Positions 8,491 to 18,604 of a stretch of DNA of 64,000 nucleotides are shown here, piece by piece. The translations under genes were made by a program, and so were the position numbers. Below the pieces are notes generated by a model, which did no database searches, had not been told where the DNA came from, and saw only the letters and a program-made list of their open reading frames with translations. The number at the start of each line of letters is the position of its first letter. Position 1 is the first letter of the stretch. The stretch lies in contig CAVTJO010000007.1 in NCBI GenBank assembly GCA_963734955.1, forward strand, positions 333,567 to 397,566, read 5' to 3'. Source of the stretch: an uncultured Bacteroidota bacterium (GTDB taxonomy: Bacteria; Bacteroidota; Ignavibacteria; UBA10030; UBA6906).

Positions 8491-10574
8491 TGCGAACACT
8501 CAGTATTGCCTTGATAATCACCATTTCCCTTTCGATGACCTATTCAAATGTACCGACATCGTGGATTCAAGCCGCGGGTCCTACAGGAGGGATCGTCCAG
8601 GCGTTGACAAGTGTTAACGGCGTTGTTTTCGCTGGAACCCAGTACGGTGGCATCTACCAATCAATGGATTCGGGGTTTCGTTGGAACCCTGTACCATCGT
8701 ATCCGAGTAACGTCAATGTTACATCCCTCGCTGCAACGCGAAACAACATTTATGCGGGCACTTATGGTTCCGGTGTAAGTGTTTCCCCGGACGAGGGTGT
8801 CACATGGAGAGTGATCAACTCTGGGCTCTCAAACATGTACGTCAAGGCTCTTCTCGCCGACGGGAGTGATCTATATGCTGCAACCCGGGGTGGTGTATTT
8901 CGATCAGTTGACGGAGGGGAGCATTGGTCGGATGTAAGCTCAGGATTGTTGAACCTGAACATTTTCTGTCTTGCTTCTGATGGCAAGAGGATCTTCACGG
9001 GAACATTTGGCGGCGGTATTTTTGTGTCTACCAACCAGGGGACGAGCTGGAACGCGGCGAATGTGGGAATTACCGACGGAAATATTTTCGGCATGATAGC
9101 TCATCGCGAATGTATCTACGCGGGAACCTTGGGAGGCGGAGTGTTCAGGTCGACGAACGGTGGGCAGTCCTGGCAGCCCGCGAATCAAGGGCTTGGCTGT
9201 CTGTTTGTTTCGTCGTTCATTTCCAAAGGGGACACGCTTTTCGCCGGGACGTTCGACGACGGTGTGTTCCTTTCGGTTGATCAAGGTGCCAGTTGGAATT
9301 CACCGCGAGGGTTGAGCGGAATGAATATTCAAACCATGGCATTGGCGGGAAGCGTTTTGTTTGCCGGAACATATCTCCACGGTGTCTACGGATCTTATGA
9401 TGGAGGAATGAAGTGGGGAGAACGCAATACCGGGCTGTGTAATTCAACAATTAATGCCGTTGTGAATGCAGGAGGCATCTTGTTTGGTGGGATCCAGGGC
9501 GGAGTCGTCTATTCTTCGGATGGAGGAAGAAATTGGGAGAGGACTGGCGAAGGGATAACTAATCCAAATGTGACTTCTATTTGCGCAACGGTCCGGTACG
9601 TTGTTGCCGGTACGCTCGGTGGAATATTTGTTTCGAGCAATCTCGGCCAGACATGGTCTGCAGCAAACAATGGTCTTGAAGATACAAATGTCCTGACTAT
9701 TGTCGCCCGTGATTCATGCCTCTATAGCGGGACCTTAAGCTCCGGGGTTTTTCGCTCATCTGATCGCGGGGTGAATTGGATTCCATTTGGACTGAACGAT
9801 CTCACGGTCAACATGTTGTTACTTGGCGGTGATTCGCTCTACGCAGCGACAGACGCTGGAGTATTTATGTCCCCTCTTGACAGGAATGAGTGGACTCTCG
9901 CAGACTCGGGCTTCGCAGGCCTCGAAACAGCATCGATTGCACTGAGCGCCGCCAAGATTTTCGCCGGCACTCGAGATGGTGTTGTTCTCAGTACCCAGCG
10001 ATTCGTCAGGGGAAACCCCGTTGTTCGTTCCCGCGTGTCGAATGGGAACGTGTCGGCATTGGTGACCGATGGTCAGAATGTCTTTGCTGCTGTGTACGGT
10101 TCAGGTGTATTTCGCTCGACGAATGACGGGGTAAGCTGGGGGGTATGGAATGACAACCTTCAAAACCTTCGAGTCAATTCCCTGACCGTGGGGAGTGGCT
10201 ATGTATTTTCCGGGACAACAGGCAGCGGCATTTGGCGACGGTCACTGAAGGATCCCCTTCTTCCTTCGAACACCGGTCTGGCGACTGGATCTGCCGAAGG
10301 CTTCAGACCGGCACCATTCACACTGAAACAAAACTACCCGAACCCATTCAATCCAACCACAAAAGTTACGTTTGAGATTGCAGAGTTCGGGCCGGTGCAA
10401 CTTAAGGTCTACGATGCTCTTGGCCGTGAGGTGAAAACACTTGTGAATGAAGAACTGAATGCCGGAAGTTATGTCGTGACCTTTGATGCCAGCGGTTTCG
10501 CCAGCGGTGTGTACATGTGCCGAATGCAATCAGGTGATTATGCTGAAACAAGAAGGATGATTCTTCTGCGATGA
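8490..10574 (+). CDS. Secreted YCF48/BNR-like beta-propeller protein with T9SS C-terminal sorting domain
   Basis: Signal peptide; many (F/Y)AGT..GV(F/Y).S.D.G..W repeats; C-terminal LKQNYPNPFNPTT...VYDALGREVKTLV...SGVY..RRMILLR. Confidence 0.88.
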   Translation: MRTLSIALIITISLSMTYSNVPTSWIQAAGPTGGIVQALTSVNGVVFAGTQYGGIYQSMDSGFRWNPVPSYPSNVNVTSLAATRNNIYAGTYGSGVSVSPDEGVTWRVINSGLSNMYVKALLADGSDLYAATRGGVFRSVDGGEHWSDVSSGLLNLNIFCLASDGKRIFTGTFGGGIFVSTNQGTSWNAANVGITDGNIFGMIAHRECIYAGTLGGGVFRSTNGGQSWQPANQGLGCLFVSSFISKGDTLFAGTFDDGVFLSVDQGASWNSPRGLSGMNIQTMALAGSVLFAGTYLHGVYGSYDGGMKWGERNTGLCNSTINAVVNAGGILFGGIQGGVVYSSDGGRNWERTGEGITNPNVTSICATVRYVVAGTLGGIFVSSNLGQTWSAANNGLEDTNVLTIVARDSCLYSGTLSSGVFRSSDRGVNWIPFGLNDLTVNMLLLGGDSLYAATDAGVFMSPLDRNEWTLADSGFAGLETASIALSAAKIFAGTRDGVVLSTQRFVRGNPVVRSRVSNGNVSALVTDGQNVFAAVYGSGVFRSTNDGVSWGVWNDNLQNLRVNSLTVGSGYVFSGTTGSGIWRRSLKDPLLPSNTGLATGSAEGFRPAPFTLKQNYPNPFNPTTKVTFEIAEFGPVQLKVYDALGREVKTLVNEELNAGSYVVTFDASGFASGVYMCRMQSGDYAETRRMILLR

Positions 10575-10886
10575 CGTGTTGGTCAACAATCTGATTGAAG
10601 TGGGGAAGGCGGCCTTGACAGGAATTGAGGCCGGGGGGTTCCTTCTTCTGAGGACTGCTTACTTTCGTCAATCGTAGTCGGATTTGTGGGTACGGCCCTA
10701 AGATGAAAATTAGGACAGTACCGATTTGTGCGGACGGTTGATTTTCTGCCTTCCTCGTGATACCTTTGGACAATTGTCGTCCGCTCTTTCTGTCATCACA
10801 GCCATTTCCTTGGTCGTCACTCGTGCCTGCAAGGTGAACGACGGAAGGCTACGTTTGTTTTCACCAAAGAACAGTGGGGTAGCGTC

Positions 10887-11975
10887 ATGATTCCAAGAAT
10901 TTCAATCTTGCCATGGGCACTCAGCCTGTCTTGTTTGCTTACGCTTCCCGCGGTCGCGCAGGAAGTGTCCGGGCCGTCCAACACTATCGAGAAACGTATC
11001 GACGAGAAGTTCGAACTACTGGACCATCGTCTCGATCAATTGGAAAAGGAGATCGATGACATCGCTTGGTATCAAAAGCTCGGAGATGTCGCAACCATCG
11101 ACAAGGTCTACATTGCAGGTCCGCCATCAGCTCACGTCAAGAACCCGACTGCCATGGGGGCTAATAATCCTGTCAAGTTTTGGGCGTACACATTCATCCC
11201 ACTTAAAATAGATCGGGCAAAGAAATACCCGCTTCTTGTCTTTCCCCACGGAGGGGTGCACGCTAACTTTACGACGTACTATACACATATTCTCCGCGAG
11301 TTGATGGCGCAGGGATACATCGTAGTGGCTCCGGAGTATCGTGGCAGCACCGGATACGGAAAGAGTTTCTATGAGAAAATTGATTACGGCGGACGCGAGG
11401 TGGACGACAATCACGCAAGTCGCGATTATATGATCGAGAATTATGGCTTTGTTGACGGGAACCGGGTGGGGGCCATCGGCTGGAGTCATGGCGGCCTCAT
11501 CATACTTATGGATATCTTCGAGCACCCGGATGATTACCAGGTGGCATTTGCCGGGGTACCTGTCAGCGATCTTGTCGCTCGTATGGGGTACTACGATGAC
11601 GAATACCGCGACCTCTACTCTGCCCCGTACCATATCGGGAAGACGGCGAACGAGGATGTGGCAGAATACCGCAGACGCTCACCGGTCAATCACGTGGAAG
11701 AATTGCGAACGCCGCTGCTTATCCACACCAACACCGCCGATGATGACGTGAATGTGCTCGAGGTTGAGCACCTGATTCAGGCCCTGAAAGCCGCGGGAAA
11801 GAAATTCGAATATGAGATCTTCAAGGATGCGCCGGGTGGCCACAGCTTCGACCGTATGGATACGAAGCTCGCGAGGGAAATCCGGGTAAAGATCTACAAG
11901 TTTCTTGCAGGGTACCTCAACCCGCCATCGCCGATTAAATCAGTGGAGGGGTTGGGGCAGGCTGCGTACAGATGA
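10887..11975 (+). CDS. S9 family (prolyl oligopeptidase-like) secreted serine peptidase
   Basis: Signal peptide; FPHGG, YRGSTGYG, nucleophile GWSHGG, Asp in DDDV, His in GGHSF. Confidence 0.9.
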   Translation: MIPRISILPWALSLSCLLTLPAVAQEVSGPSNTIEKRIDEKFELLDHRLDQLEKEIDDIAWYQKLGDVATIDKVYIAGPPSAHVKNPTAMGANNPVKFWAYTFIPLKIDRAKKYPLLVFPHGGVHANFTTYYTHILRELMAQGYIVVAPEYRGSTGYGKSFYEKIDYGGREVDDNHASRDYMIENYGFVDGNRVGAIGWSHGGLIILMDIFEHPDDYQVAFAGVPVSDLVARMGYYDDEYRDLYSAPYHIGKTANEDVAEYRRRSPVNHVEELRTPLLIHTNTADDDVNVLEVEHLIQALKAAGKKFEYEIFKDAPGGHSFDRMDTKLAREIRVKIYKFLAGYLNPPSPIKSVEGLGQAAYR

Positions 11976-12386
11976 ATAATGATTTAGGGAGGTCGCAGCT
12001 GCGGTCGGGCAGAACAAATATCATATCCTCATCGGTGCACGGCCTGGTTGGTGAGTTTCTCGCCAGCAGTCCCCTTTCCTCGAGTTCCTTTGATGGGGTT
12101 TTGACTCCTCTGCCATGTGAAGACCATGCAGACCCGATTCGATACTGGCTTTTCATGTCCGCCTTTTTTTCCGCAATCTGCTCTCATAGCGGAAACCAGG
12201 ATTTGCGACATTCTTTGTCATTTGTGCGAAGATTCGGGTCGTCGGGCGGCTGAATATTCTCGTCGTGATTCACAACGCTGCGGGTCGATCATATTTTCGG
12301 TTCGTCCCAATTGATTCTCGCGCAAAGTCGGTGTATTCTGCAGGTGCAGACACACTCAGTCGTCCACTTTACCTGGAAGAACTCCT

Positions 12387-13331
12387 ATGACACAAGACTC
12401 ACGATTAGTTGGTACAAGCAACTTTGCAAAACGCATCAACAAGCTCATCCCCCGCCTTGCGTCGGGGAAAGAGGATGTGCTGATCATCGGCGAGGAGGGA
12501 TCGGGGAGGCGCACCCTCGCGTTTGAAATCCACAGTGCAAGGGGAAAGAAGAAACCCTATGTACTTGTCGAGTCCCGGACAGCAACGGATGAAGAGGTCC
12601 GTGCGGTGATCACCGGTCAACACACCGACGCTGCCGAGGCATTAACGGGGCGAAAGCCGTCCGTAATCCAGGATCAGGCCGCATTGGTCGTTGCAGACGT
12701 GGAGATGCTCGCTCCACAAAACCAGGAGTTGCTGATCAGGTTTCTCAAGGAAGGCAGAAAGCGTTATACAGGTATCAAGGTTATCTTTACGCTTCAACAT
12801 CCGCTGGAGCAAGTTGCGCAGAGCGGTGACATTCTGGCGGACCTTGCGCCATATCTCGAGAAGTGTGAGTTGATCGAGGTACCCTCGTTGCGGGACAGAG
12901 TGGAGGATATACCCGCACTTGTTGTGAACATTGCGGCACGCGTCTGCTCAAGCTTCGGCATCCAGGCAAAGAACATTGACCCGAACACAAGTCACATCCT
13001 TTCGCAGGGACAATGGCCCGGGAACATCCGGCAACTCGCGGGTGTGGTCGGCAAGGCTGTGATGGCATCCAAAGGGGAAAAGTTGGAACTTCCCGGCGAC
13101 TTCCTGGACGAACATCAGCACCTTGAAGACGCAATCACGAACATTGCAACATCGAAGTCGTTTGTCCTTGACCAGTCGCTGGACCTTATCGAAAAGCTTC
13201 TCATCCAACGGGCGCTGAAGCAGTTCTTGTATAACCAGTCAAGAACCGCCGCGATCTTTGGATTGAGCGAGGCCAACTTCAGGTATCGCCTGAAGAAATT
13301 CGGACTTCCAAGCATCCGGAAGAAGGTATAG
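12387..13331 (+). CDS. Degenerate sigma54-interaction (AAA+) domain protein with Fis-type HTH
   Basis: PSLRDRVEDIP, WPGNIRQL and C-terminal NQSRTAAIFGLS...FRYRLKK are activator-family motifs. Walker A reads GEEGSGRR, Walker B reads VVADVE, and there is no GAFTGA. Confidence 0.75.
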   Translation: MTQDSRLVGTSNFAKRINKLIPRLASGKEDVLIIGEEGSGRRTLAFEIHSARGKKKPYVLVESRTATDEEVRAVITGQHTDAAEALTGRKPSVIQDQAALVVADVEMLAPQNQELLIRFLKEGRKRYTGIKVIFTLQHPLEQVAQSGDILADLAPYLEKCELIEVPSLRDRVEDIPALVVNIAARVCSSFGIQAKNIDPNTSHILSQGQWPGNIRQLAGVVGKAVMASKGEKLELPGDFLDEHQHLEDAITNIATSKSFVLDQSLDLIEKLLIQRALKQFLYNQSRTAAIFGLSEANFRYRLKKFGLPSIRKKV

Positions 13332-13344
13332 GATGCACCGTGGT

Positions 13345-13382
13345 ATAAAATCAACGAGGGCTTGCCGGATGGCAAGCCCTCG
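13345..13382 (-). terminator. Terminator hairpin downstream of clpC (between convergent genes)
   Basis: Perfect 12-bp stem CGAGGGCTTGCC/GGCAAGCCCTCG with a GGAT loop; on the minus strand it is followed by TTGATTTTAT. Confidence 0.7.
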
Positions 13383-13405
13383 CTGTAGTTCTACGGGTTT
13401 GCAGC

Positions 13406-15907
13406 TCAACTCACGCCCGCCGGCCTTTCTTCTTTCTTCTCCTCTCCCGCCTTCTTTCCTGCAAGGTGTCTGCTGAACTTCAGCTCACCGGTCTTTGCAT
13501 TCACCTTCACACGAAGGACTGATTTCTCGGGATATCTTCCCTTGAGCAATTCCTCGGCGATTGGGTCTTCGAGATGTTTCTGCAATGCACGGCGCAGCGG
13601 CCGGGCGCCAAATGCGGGGTCGAAGCCTTTGCCTGCGAGAAACTCCTTTGCCTGTTTCGTGAGCTGGATCGAGATACCCATGGCATTCATCCGCTTTACG
13701 AGATCGCGGATCTGGATGTCAATGATCTGCAGAATATGGGAACGTTCGAGCGAATGGAAGATGATTGTGTCGTCGACACGGTTCAGGAACTCAGGATTGA
13801 AGACACGTTTCAGGGCATCTTCGATTGTCGTTTTCATTGCCCCGTATTCGTCTTTCGCACTGCCCGTTCCAAAGCCGAATCCACCTCCGCGTTGCAGGTC
13901 CCGCGTTCCGACATTGGAAGTCATGATCAGGATCGTGTTCTTGAAGTCCACCCGACGCCCGAGGCTGTCGGTGAGAATGCCGTCGTCAAGCACTTGAAGA
14001 AGAATGTTGAACACGTCCGGATGTGCTTTCTCAATCTCATCCAATAACACTACCGAGTATGGTTTCCTGCGGACTTTTTCCGTCAATTGCCCGCCTTCTT
14101 CATATCCGACATATCCTGGTGGCGCTCCCACCAGACGGGAGACGCTGAACTTCTCCATGTACTCGCTCATGTCAATGCGGATGAGCGCCTCTTCACTGTC
14201 GAACAGGTAGCGGGCCAGCGCTTTCGCCAGCTCGGTTTTTCCCACGCCTGTTGGTCCGAGGAAGATAAAGGATCCGATGGGTCGGGTCGGGTCTTTGAGG
14301 CCTGCGCGCGTTCTTCGTATTGCCTTCGAAAGGCTCTTGATCGCGTCGTCCTGCCCGACAACCTGTCCCGTGAGAGCCTTCTCCATATTCAGGAGTTTCA
14401 CAGACTCGGACTGGGCGATCTTGTTGACCGGAATACCCGTCATCATCGAAACAACGTCAGCGATGTGCTCTTCGGTCACCTCATGCACCACATCCTGAGC
14501 CTTAAGCTCCCATTCCCTTTTGGCGATGTCGAGGTCGCTGATGAGTTTCTTCTCCAGGTCGCGGAGTCGGGCGGCCTCCTCGAAGTTCTGATTCTTGACA
14601 ACCTGGTTCTTGGATTGCTTGATCTTCTCCACCTCGCCTTCCAGTTCGAGGATCTCCTTGGGTACATGGATATTTGCGAGGTGCACACGTGAGCCGGATT
14701 CGTCAAGGACGTCGATGGCCTTGTCCGGCAGGAACCTGTCGGTAATGTAGCGGTCGCTTAATCGTACCGCGGCATCGATGGCCTTGTCGCCATACCGGAC
14801 GCCATGGTGCTCTTCGTATTTGTGCTTGATGTTTGCAAGGATCTGGATGGTCTCATCGACCGTGGTTGCATCGACCATGATCTTCTGGAACCTGCGATCC
14901 AACGCGCCATCCTTCTCGATATACTGCCGGTACTCGTCAAGAGTGGTCGCTCCGATGCATTGGAGCTCACCGCGCGAGAGAGCAGGCTTGAACATGTTTG
15001 ACGCGTCGAGAGAGCCCGACGCCCCCCCCGCCCCGACGATCGTGTGCAATTCGTCAATGAAGAGAATGACGTCCTTTGCTTTTTCAAGCTCATTCATCAC
15101 CGCCTTCATCCGCTCCTCGAACTGGCCGCGGTATTTTGTTCCGGCGACCAGGGCTGCCAGGTCAAGTGTTACGACCCGCTTGCCGTGGAGCACGCGCGAC
15201 ACCTTCTTCTGGATGATCCGCATAGCAAGACCCTCGGCGATCGCCGTTTTCCCGACCCCGGGTTCCCCGATCAGGACGGGATTGTTCTTCTTGCGACGGC
15301 TCAGTACCTGCGCAACGCGTTCGATTTCTTTCTCGCGACCTACAATCGGATCAAGCTTGTCATCTGCGGCAAGGCGTGTGAGGTCATGGCCGAAATTATC
15401 GAGAACCGGAGTCTTTGACTTCTCGGCCTTTTTCTCCGACGTTGGCGTGTGCGATGACGGTGACGAGGGTTTCCCGCTGATGATGTTGTCCAACTCACTC
15501 CGTACAACGTCATAGTGGATATTGAATTGGTGGAGGATCTGCGCGGCGATATTATCGTCATCGCGCAAAAGAGAAAGGAGGAGATGCTCGGTGCCGATAA
15601 CATCAGACTTGTACAGCTTTGCTTCCAGGTAGGTGATCTTCAGGACCTTTTCTGCCTGCTTCGTTAACGGGATGTTGCCAATGGTGAGGGTTCCCCCCGA
15701 AGTGCGGACAGTATCCTCGATTGCTTTTTTCAGTTTGTAGAGATCGACGCCAAGGTTCCGAAGGATCTTTACGGCTATGCCTTCTCCTTCCCGAATGACG
15801 CCAAGTAAAAGGTGCTCGGTACCAATGTAATCGTGACCCAGTCGCAGTGCTTCTTCACGACTGAGTCGGATAACATCTTGCACTCGATTGGAGAAGTTGC
15901 CTTCCAT
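13406..15907 (-). CDS. clpC: ATP-dependent Clp protease ATP-binding subunit ClpC
   Basis: Clp N-domain repeats (GTEHLLL x2), two AAA+ modules ([17 protein letters not shown]), UVR linker; 833 aa. Confidence 0.95.
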   Translation of the reverse strand: MEGNFSNRVQDVIRLSREEALRLGHDYIGTEHLLLGVIREGEGIAVKILRNLGVDLYKLKKAIEDTVRTSGGTLTIGNIPLTKQAEKVLKITYLEAKLYKSDVIGTEHLLLSLLRDDDNIAAQILHQFNIHYDVVRSELDNIISGKPSSPSSHTPTSEKKAEKSKTPVLDNFGHDLTRLAADDKLDPIVGREKEIERVAQVLSRRKKNNPVLIGEPGVGKTAIAEGLAMRIIQKKVSRVLHGKRVVTLDLAALVAGTKYRGQFEERMKAVMNELEKAKDVILFIDELHTIVGAGGASGSLDASNMFKPALSRGELQCIGATTLDEYRQYIEKDGALDRRFQKIMVDATTVDETIQILANIKHKYEEHHGVRYGDKAIDAAVRLSDRYITDRFLPDKAIDVLDESGSRVHLANIHVPKEILELEGEVEKIKQSKNQVVKNQNFEEAARLRDLEKKLISDLDIAKREWELKAQDVVHEVTEEHIADVVSMMTGIPVNKIAQSESVKLLNMEKALTGQVVGQDDAIKSLSKAIRRTRAGLKDPTRPIGSFIFLGPTGVGKTELAKALARYLFDSEEALIRIDMSEYMEKFSVSRLVGAPPGYVGYEEGGQLTEKVRRKPYSVVLLDEIEKAHPDVFNILLQVLDDGILTDSLGRRVDFKNTILIMTSNVGTRDLQRGGGFGFGTGSAKDEYGAMKTTIEDALKRVFNPEFLNRVDDTIIFHSLERSHILQIIDIQIRDLVKRMNAMGISIQLTKQAKEFLAGKGFDPAFGARPLRRALQKHLEDPIAEELLKGRYPEKSVLRVKVNAKTGELKFSRHLAGKKAGEEKKEERPAGVS

Positions 15908-16269
15908 CCCCTGATCCCTTAGGTTAAGTGTCGAGGAAAAACCTGGTCAAGCCACCCTAATCCTCTTTACTGAACATCTGGCAAGCCAGTAGTGTTCCAT
16001 CGGTTGCCTGCCGGGCTCCTCTTGCTTGCAGAATATAAAGAAATCAGCCAGGTAAGTCAACGCTTAAATCCCCCCGGTGAGCAAGGAGCGTCGCAGCGCA
16101 CGTTTTCCAAAACATTGCTAGTGAACACGATTGGGGCCAATCGCTTGTACGCAAAACCTGGTTTGTGTATCATTTGTAAGCAGTGGACGACTCGAACGTT
16201 GGCAGTTCCTTGTCGGCTCTGCGGGAACCTGTTGACAGATAGCAAAGTCTTCGAATGGTGTTTTGAAAG

Positions 16270-16605
16270 GTGGCGGCCGTCAAACTCATTTCTCCCGCGG
16301 AGACGCACCATCGCGCTCAGCATGACTCAAGCATTCTCCTGCTGGATGTTCGGACTCCCGGCGAATACAACAACGAGCTCGGACATGTTGCAGGCACAAT
16401 CCTCATCCCCGTTCAGGAATTGGAACGGAGACTCGCCGAGCTGGAAGCATTTAAGGGCCGGACAATCATTGCAATATGCAGGTCCGGCAACCGGAGCGGC
16501 ACAGCAGCCGGGTTGCTGGCGCGTCATGGGTTTGCCGCGCTGAACATGGAAGGCGGAATGATACGGTGGAATGAGGAAGGATTGCCGGTGGTACGAAGAA
16601 GTTAG
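16270..16605 (+). CDS. Rhodanese-like domain protein
   Basis: LLDVRTPGEY...GHVAG...IP and the active-site loop CRSGNRS; ends with NMEGGMIRW. Confidence 0.88.
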   Translation: MAAVKLISPAETHHRAQHDSSILLLDVRTPGEYNNELGHVAGTILIPVQELERRLAELEAFKGRTIIAICRSGNRSGTAAGLLARHGFAALNMEGGMIRWNEEGLPVVRRS

Positions 16606-16718
16606 GCATGCCGTACGTCATCCAGACATCGCATCACGCATGGCCTGAAAATGCAGCCGCGTCCGTGTCCTCCACATCCTCCCGAAATCTGTCACCCAGA
16701 CCTTGCTCCCCCCGCTGG

Positions 16719-18554
16719 TCATTGAGCATTCAACTGGTAGATTTCGTAACTGGGGGTATCCAGCGCCAGCGAATACCTGTGAGACAAAAATTCGAGAAGC
16801 TTCTTCACCTCAACCGATTCCGAGAGATACTTCTTTGCGATGATCACCGTGTTCGTCCTTTTCCGGTCCACAAGCCACATGATCTCTTCAAAGTTCCGCG
16901 GTTCATACCCGTGTCGCGAGTAGTAGAGGAGGCCGTAGTCAATTGAGGTTGTTCGTTTCGTCAGGAAAGCGACCGCCTCGTTCGTTCGATCCATCATAAC
17001 AAAGGTTTCTTCTTTCGGTCGTGTCTTGAGGTATCCAAGAACCGGCTCGAGAACGCGTGCCGTGCTCTTTGGGTAGTACGCGTCCTTTCCATCGGTATCC
17101 AGCGGCACAATCTCATCGGTGTAAAGTCCCTGATGTTGCCAGTCTCCGGCTGCGAGACGGCTGCCAAAATACAACAGAGCGGTCAGAAGGAATGCTCCCG
17201 CTACAAATCCGATGCGCCCCCCAATGCTCTTGATTCGTTTGTCCGCAAGGATGTTGAGAGCAAAAGCGAATGGCACAACAATCATTGGCAGGAGGTAATA
17301 CAGGTACGTTATCCCCACAAGAGGGTACAGGGTAAACCAGAGTGTTGCCAGGGTCGACGAATTCAGGACAAGCACGTGGGATCTGATTCTGTCTGCAGGT
17401 GATTTCTCGTTCTTCACCCCCCACACGAGTCCTACAACGACAGAGGCCATCGGAACCAGGTAGATCCCAAACCGCCTCAGCATTGCAATGATGCCAGCGG
17501 TGGGTCCTGTTGAACCGAAAGGCCAATAGACTTCCTTGCTGGATAGTGTAGATTGGATCCTGAGGAATGACTCTTGAATGAATGGTTGAAATCCATTGTG
17601 AGTAATGTAGTACAGTAGAATCGGCAGAAGACCAGCGCAGTAGCCGAGACTCAATAAGAGAATGTCCTTCTGCAATCCATTGAGTCTTGATCTGAGAGTC
17701 TCGGGGCTTTTCACGGCGTTCGCCCATAGAGACCACATACACCCGGCGGTGAGAGTCAACGGAAGGCTCATGAACATAAATACATTCAGGGGGGTGATGG
17801 AACGCCGTATCACATAGAGAAACAACAGGCATAAGAAGATGGGGAGTAAGAGCAAAAGGAATAATCGTATCCCCTCGTATGGCGGAAGTTTCCGGCGTGA
17901 TGCGTCGGATGAATCGTGAACTGCAACAGAATGACGCCAGTATAAATAATACAGGAACCCTGCGAAAGCAAACATGCCCGTGCTTTGTTTCATGGATGTG
18001 GTGAGTCCCAATGTGATGCCCGCCCAGACGATGGTCATCCGGCTTTCGTACTTCAGCCTCTGAATGAGAAAAAGCATGGCAAGGGGCACGAGGGTAATCG
18101 CGAACCACGCTGGATAGACATGATAATTGAGTACGCGACCAATCACGACCGAGCCGAATGCAAAAGCGGCTGCCAGAGGGTAGCCCATTGCGAATCGCAC
18201 CAGCAGCAGGAACACCAATGAGACATTTGCCGCCATATCTGCAGCGAAGAGCCATCGCGCCACACCAAACGTGGATCCCAACATCCTGAAGATAGCGCCG
18301 AGCACAACCTCCACCCCTCCCGCATAGTAATATGTAAACGAAATATGTGGAAGTTGATCCATTGTAGTTCTGTATGAAGCATAAAGAACGATCCCCTCAT
18401 CGGAGAGATGCCATTCCTGCGTCGCGAAGTGCCCCGACCAGCGATCAAGCAGAGGTGAAACGAGGAGCGTTGCGAGGAAAAGTCCTACAGCGATCCAGAA
18501 GGTGGTTTTCGCTGGCGGCTGTGGATTATCCGGATTCAAAGCGTTATTATTCAA
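16719..18554 (-). CDS. GT-C-fold (ArnT/PMT-like) polytopic membrane glycosyltransferase
   Basis: Many hydrophobic segments; SDEG motif after the first TM helix; soluble C-terminal tail typical of GT-C enzymes. Confidence 0.6.
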   Translation of the reverse strand: MNNNALNPDNPQPPAKTTFWIAVGLFLATLLVSPLLDRWSGHFATQEWHLSDEGIVLYASYRTTMDQLPHISFTYYYAGGVEVVLGAIFRMLGSTFGVARWLFAADMAANVSLVFLLLVRFAMGYPLAAAFAFGSVVIGRVLNYHVYPAWFAITLVPLAMLFLIQRLKYESRMTIVWAGITLGLTTSMKQSTGMFAFAGFLYYLYWRHSVAVHDSSDASRRKLPPYEGIRLFLLLLLPIFLCLLFLYVIRRSITPLNVFMFMSLPLTLTAGCMWSLWANAVKSPETLRSRLNGLQKDILLLSLGYCAGLLPILLYYITHNGFQPFIQESFLRIQSTLSSKEVYWPFGSTGPTAGIIAMLRRFGIYLVPMASVVVGLVWGVKNEKSPADRIRSHVLVLNSSTLATLWFTLYPLVGITYLYYLLPMIVVPFAFALNILADKRIKSIGGRIGFVAGAFLLTALLYFGSRLAAGDWQHQGLYTDEIVPLDTDGKDAYYPKSTARVLEPVLGYLKTRPKEETFVMMDRTNEAVAFLTKRTTSIDYGLLYYSRHGYEPRNFEEIMWLVDRKRTNTVIIAKKYLSESVEVKKLLEFLSHRYSLALDTPSYEIYQLNAQ

Positions 18555-18604
18555 ACCGATGGATTTCTCTTGAAAGGAATGGCTAACATTGGCGAAGGGT
18601 CTCT

